This document shows positions 13,197 through 26,960 of a stretch of 64,000 nt of DNA, one piece after another; position 1 is the first letter of the stretch; every line of letters starts with the position of its first letter. The stretch is from Octopus vulgaris (Eukaryota): positions 141,670,001 through 141,734,000 of the forward strand of contig OX597816.1 in the NCBI GenBank assembly GCA_951406725.2, read 5' to 3'. Made by a program: the position numbers and the translations under genes. Below the pieces are notes generated by a model that saw only the letters and a list, made by a program, of their open reading frames with translations, did no database searches and was not told where the DNA came from.

Positions 13197-13528
13197 CTAG
13201 AAGAGAAAAAAATGCAATGCAGCAGATGATAATTTAGATATATGAAATCAATAAATACACTAATTGTATTTTTAAAAACTGAAATTTAAAGAAAATTACC
13301 AATAAATACTGTAGTTTACTGCCTCAAGTGTATCAAAGCTGAAATCATTCTGCAGAATAAATATTAGTTGCTGTTTTAACAAGAAGCAGGTCTTTAAATG
13401 TTAGTGTATAAGATCCAATGAAGTACTAACAATATGAAAACAGCACAAAAACGTGTTCATAAGTCATATTAATTTCTACTAAATTATTTATTTGCTGTCA
13501 TTGCTTAGTCCAGCTCAGTCCTGAAGCA

Positions 13529-13684
13529 TGCTAACCTATGACTAAAGGTACTCCAGTTGTAACCATTATCCCATGTATCCTTCCATTTTTAAGAGAGCAA
13601 GACATATGCTAACCTATGACCAAAGGTATTTTAGCTGTAACTATTATTCATTGTATCCTTCCTTCTTTAAGACAACAGGACATA
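13529..13684. repeat. Diverged ~78-bp tandem duplication
   Basis: tgctaacctatgacYaaaggta...tgtatccttcc...gacata occurs twice. Confidence 0.75.
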
Positions 13685-13839
13685 ACTGTATGGGGAATTG
13701 ACTGCAATTTTCTCAGATTCAGTAGCACATAAAAGGCTCTCTTATTGGTTTTGCTTATTTATTGTTTGTGTGTAATTGGCTGTCTGTCAATAGGATGACT
13801 GCCCATATGTAAAGTGGTAAATCATATTATCAGAAGTAG

Positions 13840-14170
13840 ATTGCTGTCTTCCACTAGTTTCCATTCCATGCTGCAGTGGTCCAGCTGTTACTGTCATCAT
13901 TCAATCTACTCAATTCCATTTAGCCATATTCTAATATTTCAAATGGGATTTACCTTCACTTCTCACACTGCTAGCCAGTTGTGAGTAGAGAATTTGTTTT
14001 GGTAACTAAGATCTCTCTTTTAACACACTCATGGCAGTAGATGCTTTGTTGCACCAATACCTTATCCATGCTTTCTGAGTGTTGATGGTGTTTTTTCAAG
14101 TGTTACAACCGTGGACATACCAAACTATATTTCAAAGTTCAAAGCTTTAGTTTCTAGTCTGACACCAATA
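13840..14170 (-). mobile_element. Degraded RTE/BovB-like LINE 3' fragment
   Basis: Minus-strand LPKQILYSQLASSVRSEG motif. Confidence 0.6.
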
Positions 14171-15269
14171 CATTTTATGGTTATTATCTCAATTTATTTG
14201 ATCTCTAAGGAATAAAATTCATTAAATGTACTAAAACAAGTCTTCAAGCCAATTTCTATTAAATATTTAATCAGTAGACACATTAAATTGCAATATTTCA
14301 TTTGAAGTTATCCCTAATGAGATCCTTAACGAACTAATAGCATTGTGGTAGACTTACAATGTCAGACATGTATTATTTTGAAATGTTAATATAACCATAG
14401 AAGACAATTACAGTTATTAAGATAATTTTACAACTTTCAGATATCTTTCATTACCCTGAAATATCAAAAGAAATACTTTAAATCTATAAATTAAATAATT
14501 TGTAATAAATTGACAGATGTAATGAATGAAGAAACAGAAATCTTTTCAAGGAAGTATTACTGTTCTCACATGAAACATCTCTAATATCATTCACACTATT
14601 TTGACATAAAGCTAGATTTTCCTTCCACATCATTTGGTGCTTATATTAGAAACAAACAACAAAAAACAGCTGTTTTCTTGAAGATAGTGTATAAAAACAC
14701 CTTCCTTGAAAATGTTAATATTTCCCCCCTTCATTCAATAGGCTAGCCCTTGACACTTCAATGAGATTAATAAAATATTCTATTAGAAGTTAAAGTTGTA
14801 ACATTTATTCTACTTTATAAATTGTCTGTGATTAGTTCCAGAAAATAAAAATCAATAATGACTACTCAGAATGAAGCTGGCTTCATTTTCTACGTTTTCA
14901 TTTTAGTTATTAAAAATTTCTTTCAATATTTCCTTAGCAGTTTAGTGCAGTCTTAAATGCATCATTATGACTTTTTTTCCCAAGCCAATCCATAATATTT
15001 CTGCTACCAACTTCCCCAAAACTTCCACAAGCTCATACTGGCTCGATTCTCTTTTATTTATTCACCCTTGCCATCCATCTCCTTTGATGTGAGAGATTTT
15101 TTTAATGACATAATAAATTACTTTGTTTACTAACTCCTTATTTGAACCAATAGTTTTAGCCTCAGATTAGTATGCCATAGTCTACCTTTTGAACTATACC
15201 CCATCTCTCCTGTTCCAGTCACTTTAAATTGCATAACATAAATCTGATATGTTCAGCATTTCTGCAGAT

Positions 15270-15404
15270 GCAGATGTTTGGTAAGAAGTTTGCTTCCCAT
15301 CCACACGATTCTGAGCTCAGTCCCACTGTGTAGTACCTTGGGAAAGTGTCTTCTATAGTCTTGGGCTGTGGATTTGGTAGACAGAAACTGAAAGAAGCAT
15401 GTAT

Positions 15405-15453
<49 letters not shown>

Positions 15454-15660
15454 TGTCTGTATTTGTCCACCATCACAGTTTGATAACCGGTGTTGGTGTG
15501 TTTACATCCTTGTAACTTAGCAGTTGGGCAAAAGTGACTCGTAGAATAAGTACCAGGCTTAAAAAATAAAAATAAGTGCTGGCGTCAATTTATTTGGCTA
15601 AAATTCATCAAGGTGGTGCCCCAGCATAGCCACAGTCTAATGATTGAAACAAGTAAAAGA
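15270..15660 (+). mobile_element. tRNA-derived SINE, family A
   Basis: Head, internal (GT)n and tail ending gaaacaagtaaaaga. Confidence 0.8.
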
Positions 15661-17180
15661 TTAAAAGAATAAACTTCAATGTTTAAATACCAATTATGTT
15701 TCGAGCAAAAGACAGAAACACTTTAAATGGCTAAACTTTTAATGCATTTCTATATTGCCCAGAGGTTTTAAAGACTCCCTTCAGTCATGAATGACCATGG
15801 GATTGCACCTAGAAAGTTACTCTCCAAGACATAAAATCTGGGCACAATTGTTTTGTGGAAGACCAGCAGTCATCCATGCATACGAGTTTTCCCCTCTCCA
15901 TGCCACTGGAGACTGATACAGCTTGGCATCAGTGATGTTGCAAATCATTTCTAAAGCTGAATGGACTGAAGCTATGTGAAATAAAGTGTCTTGCTCAAGA
16001 ATACAATGCACAGCCTAGTTTGAGAATTGAACTCACAACCTCATGTATGTAAGCCTGGTGCTCTAACCACCAAGCCACAGAGGGAAAAACCTAAATAAAT
16101 AAGATAGTTCTACAACTTGTTACACTTAACATTAACAGAACATTAACAAGAAAACAAAAGAGCTTTTAATCAGTCACTTGACCTGCTAGAAATTTCAGCT
16201 AAATCTACTTCAAATCATACACTTCTGCCTTAAAAAAAAGAAACATACTGAGTCATATATGGTATGGTTGCAATACACCTACTAAAGAGATAAGATAATC
16301 ATATCTGATTAGAAACCACTGAATCAAGATTGACCTGAGGCTGAAGAAAAGCAAGATGAAACTGATTCAAACTAAAATTTCAAGTTGCTTCAGTACAATG
16401 TTGTTTACTTATTTAATTTATATTGAAATTTATGAAACATTGTGTTTTTGGTTAAAGGCTTTCTGAGTCAATCACTGGTTCACAGAATTTATAATGGTGA
16501 GAGTAACAACACAGTATCTCTCTTTGTTGAAGAAATACCACATAGGACTTCATTCATAAAGCACTAGTTTTCTCACCAATGATTTCTATTTTTCACTGAT
16601 GTATATCAGTGAAGGCTATACACATCAAGCTAAGTAAAATTGCTGCCTTCCACACATACAAGCTTGTCCTTCCAGGTACTGGTGTCACTTAAAAAGCACT
16701 TGTGCTGGTACTGCATTAATGAACCCATGTTGGTGTGGCATAAATGCACCTTTGCTGGTGGCATGTAAAAAGCACCCAGCACACTCTCTTAAGTGGGTGG
16801 CATTAGGAAGGGCATCCAGCTGTAGAAATCTTGTCACGATAAACAGTTGGAGTCTGGATAGCCCCTGCTAAACAGCTCCATGTCAAACTGTTCAACCCAT
16901 GCCAGTATGGAAAGTGGATGTTAAACAATGATGATGATGATGATGAAGCATGACTGTGTGGTTAAGAAGCTTGCTTTCTGCTTGGGTTTAGTCCTACTGC
17001 ACAGTACCTTGGGTTGGTGCCTTCTACTCTAGCAACAGGTCAAAAAATGCCTTATGAATGGATTTGGTAGACAGGACCTGAAAAGAAGCATGTGTGTGTA
17101 CATGTGTGTGTGTGTGTATGTGTGTGCACCTTTACCATGACATCATGTAAAGGTTATGAATCATCATCATCATCATAATC

Positions 17181-17222
<42 letters not shown>

Positions 17223-18804
17223 CAAGAAAGGTTGTTCGTTTCCAGTCTTATATGAAAAACATGTCCAGCTCTGGGAGAATATTACCTTTCTTGGATACAG
17301 CTGATGGTTGGCAACAGTAATGGCATCTGACCATAGAAAATCTATCTTGTCAAATTCCATCTAACCCATGCAAGCACAGTTAAGTGGACATTAAATGATG
17401 ATGTCACTGTCACTGCCACTGCTGCTGCTGATACACAGTCTCTCTCTGTCAAATAGCAGTCACAAGATTTCATTGACACAAGGGTATATTAGAGGACACT
17501 TGCCCACGTTGCTGCATGATGAGATCAAACCTGGAACCATTTGGTTGCAAAACAATGTTCTATTATAGCTGTATTTCTATTTGTGGTTAAGAAGCTTGCT
17601 TCCTGACCATGTGGTCTTGGGTTTAGTCCTACTACACAGTGCCTTGGGTTAATGCCTTCTACTCTAGCACCAGGTCAAAAGAATTGTCAAGTCAGTATCT
17701 GTTGTCTATCACTATGACTAACACATCGTCATCTGCTAGATCAGGGTCGACAGATCAGTGCTATACAACCACAATAACAACTACTATATTGTACATTAAC
17801 TAGATATGCTCCGCAAACATACTTTCCCTAGCAAGGACAACAAAAGTTGTATTTTCAGTAAGACTTCCCTCTGTTCTCCTTACAGAGTAGTCATAGGAAA
17901 CAGACAAAACCAAAACATTTCCTTTAAACTGTGAATCAGCATGAACTATGTTGGACACCACTTATCAATAGGCTGCACTCATCTCATTCAAAACCAATTA
18001 CTAAATCAATAAACACTTTTTATTCCTCTTCGGTTATGCATGTGTGTGTGTGTGTGTGTGTGGATGTGTTTGTGTGCTGCAGAGAAGTATGAGTGTGTAC
18101 ATGAATACATATAGAGGTAGATATATTGATATGTAACAACAACTCTAAAGGAAGGGAAAAAAAGAGAAAAGAATGATATAAAGGAAGACTAAAGGGTAGA
18201 GTAATAAGATGAATACAAATAATTGAAGATGGTTGAAATAGGGGCTGCAGCAGACTTATGGAACAAAACTAACAGGATACTTTCATTATATCATTAACAA
18301 ATCACAGCATTTGCTGACCAAAATTTAATTATATTTGTAATGTAATGCGTTCTTGAACATAGATTAATTGCAATTAACAAATGTGAGTAAATTCATGCAT
18401 GCACACATGCTTGCATACAATGCATATATACTAAATATATGTGTGTGTGTGTGTATGTATGTATGCACACATAGTACACACATACATACGCTCATATATT
18501 AATGCTTCAGAAATACAGCTAAAATTGCTTTGATTATTTCTAATGTAAATGTGATAGATGTCATTTTCTTAATGGAAACTCTTGGACAAATTGATAGCAA
18601 TCAGGGGAAAGGTTCTGAGGTTTCAATTATTTTATCTAAGTAAGCATTATGATGGTCTTTAGACAATAGTAAACTTCAATCATTCTTACTTTCCAGAATG
18701 TTTAACAGGCTCAATTTGGATAGTGTTTCAGTAGGGAACCTGATGTGAAGAGAAGGGGAAAGAAAAGTGACAGGCCAAGCAATATTGAATTTGCAAACCC
18801 TTAA

Positions 18805-19019
18805 CCCTTTAGCATTCAGATTACTCTGTCAAATGTAATGCTTATTTAATTACTTTGTTTTGAATTAATCAGGCGTTATCTCATAGCTTTGAGATTTCAA
18901 TGATGTGACTGCTTATTTTACAATGACAAGGTAGGTGTAAGAAGCTGGATCAAACCGGGTTGAATATAAAACAAAGTAGAATATTTTGGTCAGATATGGG
19001 CAGTTGAAATGCAAAAGGG
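18805..19019 (+). mobile_element. piggyBac-like MITE
   Basis: TTAA-CCCTTTAGCATT ... AATGCAAAAGGG-TTAA, 215 bp. Confidence 0.8.
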
Positions 19020-19053
19020 TTAAAACAGGTTACATGGAAACTATTATACTCAC

Positions 19054-19184
19054 TTTTCTGTCAGCATTTGATAATAATTTCATTACACCTCTGACTGGAG
19101 CAGGAAACAACACATCTCTTCTGGCTTGGAACCAATTATTACAACAATCCCTAATACACCCAAATTTGCAGTTGAATCGTTTCA
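19054..19184 (-). CDS. TMEM245: TMEM245 internal coding exon
   Basis: cttttag/gtgagt, 131 nt, phase 1/0, joins the previous exon in frame (T+TG=Leu). ARRDVLFPAPVRGVMKLLSNADRK resembles [24 protein letters not shown]. Confidence 0.92.
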
Positions 19185-19799
19185 CTAAAAGAATAGGAAA
19201 AGAAAACAAAAATGAGAAACATTTATAAATATCAAGTACTTGGGTGCATTCCAAACACAATAAAACCACTTAAATCAATCAGATATCCCCATCATTATTC
19301 AATATCATTACACCTGTATTTCGCTTGGCCACATGTCACGAAATCAAATATTGTTTTAGAAAGGGTTGATTCACAGTTTTATTTAATTTTATTTTTTATT
19401 CAGCTCGAAAGATTTTCGTTTAAATACTTTTAACAACAGACATTGTTGTTGTTGCATTAAATTCCATTACTTCAATGTTGCTTGACTGAATGGGATCAAA
19501 TACAGATTCATCTTACAATAATCTAAACAGTGATGTACAATATTCTAAGATCTAATTAACTATTGCAGCACAAGTCTTATATATTCTCACTTTATCTCAA
19601 GTACTTGTTATGAGAGAAACATTTCATAGAAGCTGAGAATATAGTTAGAACAATAAGCGCTTCAATAAGTAACATATTCATAACAAAAGAAATAACATTA
19701 TACAACTGAAGGTTCAATATTTAGTGCATCAAAGGAGGCTCATTAATTATTTCCTGTCTTCATATCAATTTACAATTGACTATTTAAATCACATGACTT

Positions 19800-19859
<60 letters not shown>

Positions 19860-20123
19860 ATAATAAATATTAGGGAATAAATCCAAATTTACAGGGAAAA
19901 ATCAGATTTAGGATTGAATCCAATTTTATAGTAAAATATTATATTATATTAATTAGAGACAAAACCACTATTATGCAAATCAAACAAAGAAAGACTTAGA
20001 GACAGAAGTGCTGACACGAAACGATCGTAGTGGTTATTTTAATTATATTTAATTTATATAAAATTTTTTATGTATTGGCTTAAGTCTTTCTTTGTTTGAT
20101 TTGCATAATAGTGGTTTTGTCTC

Positions 20124-20129
<6 letters not shown>
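19860..20129. mobile_element. Penelope-like pseudo-LTR fragment with inverted duplication, in (TA)n
   Basis: (TA)n on both sides, perfect 49-bp inverted repeat and a partial hammerhead (GAAAcgatcgTA). Confidence 0.6.
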
Positions 20130-20167
<38 letters not shown>

Positions 20168-20168
<1 letters not shown>

Positions 20169-20530
20169 TTTTACTGTGGCCATGCTGGAGCACCACCTTT
20201 AGTTGAGCAAATCGACTCCAGGACTTATTCTTTGTAAGCCTAGTACTTATTCTGGGTCTCATTTGCTGAACCACTAAGTTACAGAGATGTAAATACATCA
20301 ACATCAGTTGTCAAGCAATGGAGTGGGGACAAGCACAGACACACAAACATATACATATATATGTGTGTGTGTGTGTGTATACGATGGGCTTAGTTTCTGA
20401 CTACCAAATCCACTCACAAGACTTTGGTTGGCCCAAGGCTATAGTAGAAGACACTTGCCCAAGGTGCTACATAGTGGGACTGAACCCTGAAGCATGTGGT
20501 TGGTAAGCAAGCTACTTACCACATAACCAC
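20168..20530 (-). mobile_element. tRNA-derived SINE, family A
   Basis: Homologous to 56671-57062. Confidence 0.8.
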
Positions 20531-20583
20531 ATGCATGCATGCATGAATGCATACATACATACATACATACATACATACATACA

Positions 20584-20619
<36 letters not shown>

Positions 20620-20834
20620 TATATATCCATAGATATATATATGAGAAGATAGAATAAGCAGGGCAAGAGGAGACACATGGGTCAGAGAGTCATTGAAGAG
20701 GTCACACAGAATGTGTGATGGAAGAAATTTGAGAGTCAAATAAACTAAAAAAAAATAGTACTAATAAGACTAAAGTCAAGATAGAATAAATACTGTGTGT
20801 GTTTCATTGGCAAAAGATGACCATTCTCAAGTAT

Positions 20835-20874
<40 letters not shown>

Positions 20875-20902
20875 ATGTGTGTTTGTGCACAGAAAATGTG
20901 TA

Positions 20903-21107
20903 GTGGAGTTTAAGATAAACACCAGTACAAATATCCTATGTACATATGTTTCCCCATTGCAGTTAATTGGAACTCAGCACTGGATGTTCCAATAGCATTT
21001 GGATGCCAAACTACAATGGATCCTCCAAAGCTGAATTCCAATTAACTGCAATGGTGAAATGTACATAGGAACTAAATACTTATACTGGTGTTTATTTAAA
21101 CTTCCAC
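20903..21107. mobile_element. Palindromic MITE-like foldback
   Basis: Imperfect arms, for example ccattgcagttaattggaa versus ttccaattaactgcaatgg and taaacaccagta versus tactggtgttta. Confidence 0.6.
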
Positions 21108-22479
21108 TGTGTGTGCTCTGTATGTCATAACTAGTAACACTGCTAGGTACCGTTGTCAACTAAGCATTATACTGGAACCAGATTGGATACTGATAATCTA
21201 CATGGAGCTCTAATTCATATAGTTGTAGTAGTCATAGATCAAACTGTACATTCAAGATATCATCATCATTTAACGTCCTTTGTCCATGCTGACATGTGTT
21301 GGACAGTTTGACCAGAGCTGGCAAGCTGGAGAGCTGCACCAGACTCCAGTCTGTTGTGGCATGGTTTCTACAGCTGGATGCCCTTCCTAATGCTGACCAC
21401 TTTACAGAGTGCGCCGAGTGCTTTTAAGTGGCACTGCATGCAAGTTATATTTGAACATATAAATATGAAGAAGAGTATATTCATAATGATATATAAAAAA
21501 ATATATATATATATATATATATATGCATATCTGCCATGAACACTTTAAATGAATATTATTTACCAATTGTTAGTTTCATAAGCCAATTTAAACTTCCTAA
21601 TATTCTCTCTCCGTTCCTCTAAAATTCTTCATGGAATTTTGCTAAGCTAGAAATCTGCCTCGTACAATCTCCCCAAATTAAACCTTGCTTATTCGCAGTG
21701 TGCTCACCCTTTCCTGCCCCACTACCAATACCGGATATCTCTATCTTTCTCTATCTTTCCACCATCCACACCAGATATCTCTCTCTCTTTCCACCATCAT
21801 TATCAGACATCTCTTCTCTCAACCCTCCTCACTGATGCTGTTCTCTATATTACCTGCACTCTCTCTCCTGGGGCAAATGCCACTAACTTAGCTGCCCACC
21901 TACTTAACTAGCTACCTTTCATTTCATTTCGTCTAGAAATTTGTCAATAACTACCCAGTAATTTTCCATGGACATATCAAAGTGAAACAGAAAGCTAATG
22001 GGCTGTACGTGTGTGCTTGTTTCTCTGTGTGTGTATGTGCATCTGTATGTGTGTGCATGCGTGCTTGTTCTTGTCTTGTGTGTGTGCATGGGTGTGCATG
22101 CGTGCTTTTGTGTATGTATGGATGAGCTTGTTTCCTCTCTTTCTCTGCTTGAAACCCCCCTCCCTCACTGGTGGCACCCTCCATTATGCCTGCAATCTCC
22201 TCTCCCTGGACAAATGCAACTAGTTTAGTTGGCACCCTACTTAATCTAACATTGGAATATTCATATTTGCAACACCAGTAATGCTTAAATTTACGTTTTT
22301 ATGATGTCCATAATGCTTTTACTTACAATGCTGCTAACATCTACTCCTACTCCCAATAGGGGCAACAATCTTAACATGCTTGAATGTTTGAATGATGTCA
22401 GGCTGGAAGTGAGAACAGCTGAAGCATGTCTAACAAACAAACACGACAGGCAATGAATAACATCTCCCCTCCCCAAGCC

Positions 22480-22745
22480 TCACCCTGTCAACAGAGGCAC
22501 ACTGACAGGTAGATCTAGTGAGATTGTAGAGATGCTTAAAAGGAGACATGTCGATGTATGCTGCATACAAAAGGTAGGATGGAGAGGGTCCTCACAGGCA
22601 AGGCATATAGGTATAAAATCTTCTGGCAAGATGGAGTAGAGGGTGTAGGCATACTCCTTGTGGAGAAATGGGTGAATGCGGTCATAGAGGTTGTCAGGGT
22701 ATGCAATAGAGTGCTTAAGCTCAGGCTAGTCCTGCAAAACAATAA
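22480..22745 (+). mobile_element. RTE LINE apurinic-endonuclease N-terminal fragment
   Basis: GTLTGRSSEIVEMLKRRHVDVCCIQ...YKIFWQDGVEGVGILLVEKWVNAVIEVVR, matching the start of ORF 49678-51411. Confidence 0.8.
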
Positions 22746-22759
22746 CAGCTACAAAAAAG

Positions 22760-22985
22760 CAATCACCATGGCTGAGAAGACAAAGTTGACATTTTTTACC
22801 AAATACCAGAAAGCCAAATATCAGGACTTGACTTACAATACATTGTCAAAAGATGGCATGCAGCCTCATTTCCTACTTAAGTCAGCTGTTGCAGTTTTCC
22901 AGCAAGATCAGTGTGCTAATGTCTGCAGAAGATTGGTTTGGAACACAAACAACTGAAGAAAGACACTACGGAGATGGCCAGGCTA
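22760..22985 (+). mobile_element. Hero/R2-group restriction-like endonuclease remnant
   Basis: Broken translation KAKYQDL...WHAASFP.*VSCCSFPARS resembles the recalled Hero motif KKAKYQEL..GW.A..FPVEVGCRGF. Confidence 0.5.
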
Positions 22986-23233
22986 ATTCGATGCTCACAG
23001 CTCCACTCAGGTGGAGTGTACAAGTAAAGCGTAAAACATTTGCAATTTTGAGGTACCTGTTGGAGATATGGAAGACTTTCCAACATCATGAGGACTTTAG
23101 TCACTATCAGGAGGGGAGCTTGCAATATCTGTAAATAGCCCCTGTAGTTTCTGCATGAGGCAAAACATCCTTGATATCTAATTCACATGAACACATGCAC
23201 ACACACACACACATACATGTGTACGCACACATA

Positions 23234-23264
<31 letters not shown>

Positions 23265-23344
23265 GTATATATATAATATACATAAGTACGGACAGCTCAG
23301 TACTAAGTGGGGAGTCTTACTGATGATTATAATATGTGGAATAT

Positions 23345-23560
23345 AAGGCTGTGAGCTGGCAGAAAAGTTAGCATGCTGGACGAAATGCTTAGTGGTATTT
23401 CACCAATTGCTACGTTCTGAGTTCAAATTCTGCCAAGGTCGACTTTGCTTTTCATCCTTTCAGGGTCAATAAATTAAGTACCAGTTGCGTGGTAGGGTCG
23501 ATCTACTCGACTTGCCTCCACTCCCAAAATTTCGGGCCTTGTGCCTAGAGTAGAAAAGTA
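23345..23560 (+). mobile_element. tRNA-derived SINE, family B (also 28705-28880 +, 44860-44968 -, 55556-55700 -)
   Basis: ggctgtgagctggcagaa head, gagttcaaattc box B and gactttgcYtttcatcctttcagggtcaataaa central domain (Meta/Sauria-like). Confidence 0.8.
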
Positions 23561-23593
23561 TATGTGGCATCTTACATCTTACTACTTGAATTT

Positions 23594-23826
23594 CATGGGC
23601 TGGGTTTTATCAAATTTCTCCAACCATTTAAAGTATTTAAAATTTTCACCAGATTTTAAAAGAAATCTTCTATACTGGTGTAACTTCTATATTATTAATT
23701 TCTTGAAAAACATTTATGCAATTTTCATTACCTGCATGCAAAACTACTTTTTTGAAAGATAACCTGGTGAAAAGTTGAAATATTTTTACCAGTTTATCTT
23801 AAGAAGAAATTTAACAAGAGCCCATG
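23594..23826. mobile_element. MITE-like element with long imperfect inverted ends
   Basis: catgggct...agcccatg termini; aattttcaccag versus ctggtgaaaagtt. Confidence 0.5.
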
Positions 23827-24119
23827 CGCCTGATCATCAGGGTGTGCAGTGCCATTTAGGTAGTCTGTTTTCAGTATGCATAGACAAGTGTGTCAAAAAC
23901 CTCTGAATAGGAACAGTAGATAACTGCTGGAAAGGGAAATAGAAGAAAATGAAAAGAAAGGGAAGAGAGAGACGTTATAATTTTCTATTAATGGTCAGGA
24001 CAATGGTGAAGGTAAGGTAACTACACACTTATGTGCAAGTTGACCATTGGGATTAAACTGAGGGTGATTGATAGACTGCAAATTGTGCGGTGAAGTGTTT
24101 ACATTCACTGTAAATCAAG

Positions 24120-25240
24120 CTTATTTCAGTGAAATTTCTAAGTGATGAATATCGCAGGTGATTTGCTTTTACACCAATAGGCTCCTATGCATGTCAGATA
24201 CACTGTAGAGATTATCTGTGGGAGGTAAATAAATTAAGAGATAGATAATGAATGAAAATTAAAATATGTAATTATGTGACTGTGTTCATGAGGTTATGTG
24301 GTTGTAAGTGTAGATTTGTCTATATGCAAATTGCATGTGTTTGAATGAATCATGATAAGTAGAGCTTTGGGAGAGATGATTGATTTGTAAATTACACTTT
24401 CATATGTCAATGCTGGTTTCACACATTCCAGTAAAATTTCAAACTGTCACACATTACAGGTAGTATGTGGTTGCTTAGTTTATTCATTAAATGTCTTTTT
24501 TTTTTACATAGTCAAGATTATATATGACTAAAATTATCTGTAGAGATAAAGTTAAAGGATTATAAGTTTATGAAATCATTATGTCTGTGAATAGAGAGTC
24601 AAAATTAAAAATTTAACATTTAATTAAGAGATTTAAGATTATAAGATACGTGATTATGCATTCATAAGGATACATGATTGTAAATTATATGTGCATATGC
24701 ATGTATCTGTATGAGTAGATATGCAAAATTAAAAATATTTAATAAAACTGAACAATAGGTTGTAAATTGCTCGTTTGAGTTTTATACCAATTATACAAGT
24801 TACAGTGAAATTTCTAAATGCTAAATGCTAAATTTATATATCATATATCATATATGCATTTGTCTTATTTTGATATTTTTTCCTTAATTTTGTCAAAATT
24901 TTATGTTATAAAGATTGTCTATAAAAGTAAGTATGGTTACAAAGATTATAAATATATGAAATCATTATTTCTGTGGGAGGTAGTAGAGAATTAAAATTAA
25001 AGTTTAAAAATTTATATAAGATTATGGAATATTATGGACTATGCATTCATGAAGTAATGTGGTTGTAAATATGTGTGTGTGTAAATACACAAAATTAAAA
25101 ATATTTTTAAAAGTGAATGATAAATTGTAAATTGCTCATTTGAGCATTCATGTCAGTTATACATATTCTAATAAAATTTCAAAATGTTAATAGTTAAATG
25201 TTGTGCATGATATGCATTCACCTTAGTAAAATCTTTGATT
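24120..25240. repeat. Diverged tandem repeat, ~370-bp period, about 3 copies
   Basis: Anchors tctgtg(ggagg) at ~24215, 24585, 24970 and Rgt(g/a)aaatttc at ~24430, 24803, 25170. Confidence 0.7.
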
Positions 25241-25734
25241 TTTAAAAATATTTAATGTTGTCAGTGATAGGAATGGCATCCAACAGAAATTATATAAAAA
25301 ATTAAATGTAAGAGTGGAACAGTATCCCTGATGCATCTAAGAGGGTAGCAATACCAAATGAGGGCTGATTCAGTCCATGATGACTCATCTGTTGGATGCC
25401 AGCAAGAAAAAAAAGAGAGGAGAAAATGATGCTAATGATGATGCTAGTTAATTGGGAACTAATAATATTGTCTTTACCTAACATACAAGAAGCATTCCTA
25501 ATACATATGCACCTCAGTACAGCTGTACTTAATACTTTTGCTACAAAACCCTTTTTCAACAAAGTCACTTTGTACAATCTGCTGTTTTGTAGTTCACATT
25601 TCAAAACCTTCTCATCCTTTTGATGGTGGTATGCTTAATGTGCTGCCCAGTTTAACAGCACCAACAGGTTCATGTAGTTTGTTGAGAGGCTTACCCACTA
25701 ACTGGTTTGACATCATTGACTGAATTCACTCTCT

Positions 25735-25956
25735 TTTACTCTTTTTTACTCTTTTACATGTTTCATTCATGTGACTGTGGCCATGCTGGAGCACCAACTT
25801 TAATCGAGCAAATTGACTCCAGAACTTATTCTTTGTAAGCCTAGTACTTATTCTTATTGGTCACTTTAGCTGAACCGCTAAATTACAGGGACATAAACAC
25901 ACCAGCATCAGTTGTTGAGTGATGTTGGGGTGGGGGGGACAAACACAGACACAGAA

Positions 25957-26029
<73 letters not shown>

Positions 26030-26192
26030 TAAGAAGGCCTTCTTTCAGTTTCCATCTACCAAATCCACTCACAAGGCTTTGGTCAGCCCAAGGCTATAGT
26101 AGAAGACACATACCCAAGGTGCCATGCAGTGGGACTGAACCTGGAACCATGTGGTTCATAAGCAAGCTACTTACCACACAGCCACTCCTGTT
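25735..26192 (-). mobile_element. tRNA-derived SINE, family A, full length
   Basis: Complete head, internal (CA)n(TA)n and tail. Confidence 0.85.
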
Positions 26193-26597
26193 GTAAGATT
26201 TTGGAGAAGACCCTCACCTAGCTTCTGACTTGTCTATGTTTTATTTCCTGCAGATATTGCTTTGAAGATGTTCAGATTGGACATCAGTCATACCAACCTC
26301 ACTAGTCTGTGAGGGTCTGAAAAGTAATAGGCACTTTTCAAGTTCTATTTAACTGATTTTGATTGGCTCAAGGCTATAGTTGAAGACACTTGCTCAAGGT
26401 ATCATGCAGTGGAACTGAACCTAAAACCTTGTGGTTGGGAAGTAAACTTCTTGATCATATAGCTATATTTGAAATATATGATATTTCAAAAATTCTGGTC
26501 AATACTTGTTTTAGAATATATTTATTTTTTACTGTGGACAAATTCTCTATATCACTTTAGCATAAGGATTACAATCATAGACATGAATTATACTTAC

Positions 26598-26960
26598 AGA
26601 GTTTTTTGAAAATCAGAAACAGCACCGGAATAGGTATAAGTAGAAGAATCCATGCATGCATCCAAAGTCGTACAAGGACAAATGCCCAAAACAGAGCAAT
26701 AAAACATTGGTCGCTTAAAGAACGATGCTGATTAGTCTTGACCTTCTTCTTTTCTTGGTGAGGAGGATGAGTTCCAACAGAAAGAGATTTGACTTTGCTT
26801 GCTTTTGCATCACCGCTGCCACTGGCTTCGGTTGAAGTTCCTTCTGTTCCCTCTGTAGGTAGTTCTTCTATTGGTGTACGTCGTTGTAATGTTGGTGTAC
26901 TCTTTGGAGTTGTTAGCATAGCAAAAGCTGCATACATAGGGCTGTCAGAAGGTTCTTTGT
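26598..26960 (-). CDS. TMEM245: TMEM245 internal coding exon (Ser/Thr-rich loop plus TM segment)
   Basis: Acceptor ttcaacag, donor gtaagt, 363 nt, phase 1/1. SDQCFIALFWAFVLVRLWMHAWILLLIPIPVLFLIFKKL resembles vertebrate TMEM245 [39 protein letters not shown] (recalled sequence). Confidence 0.93.
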
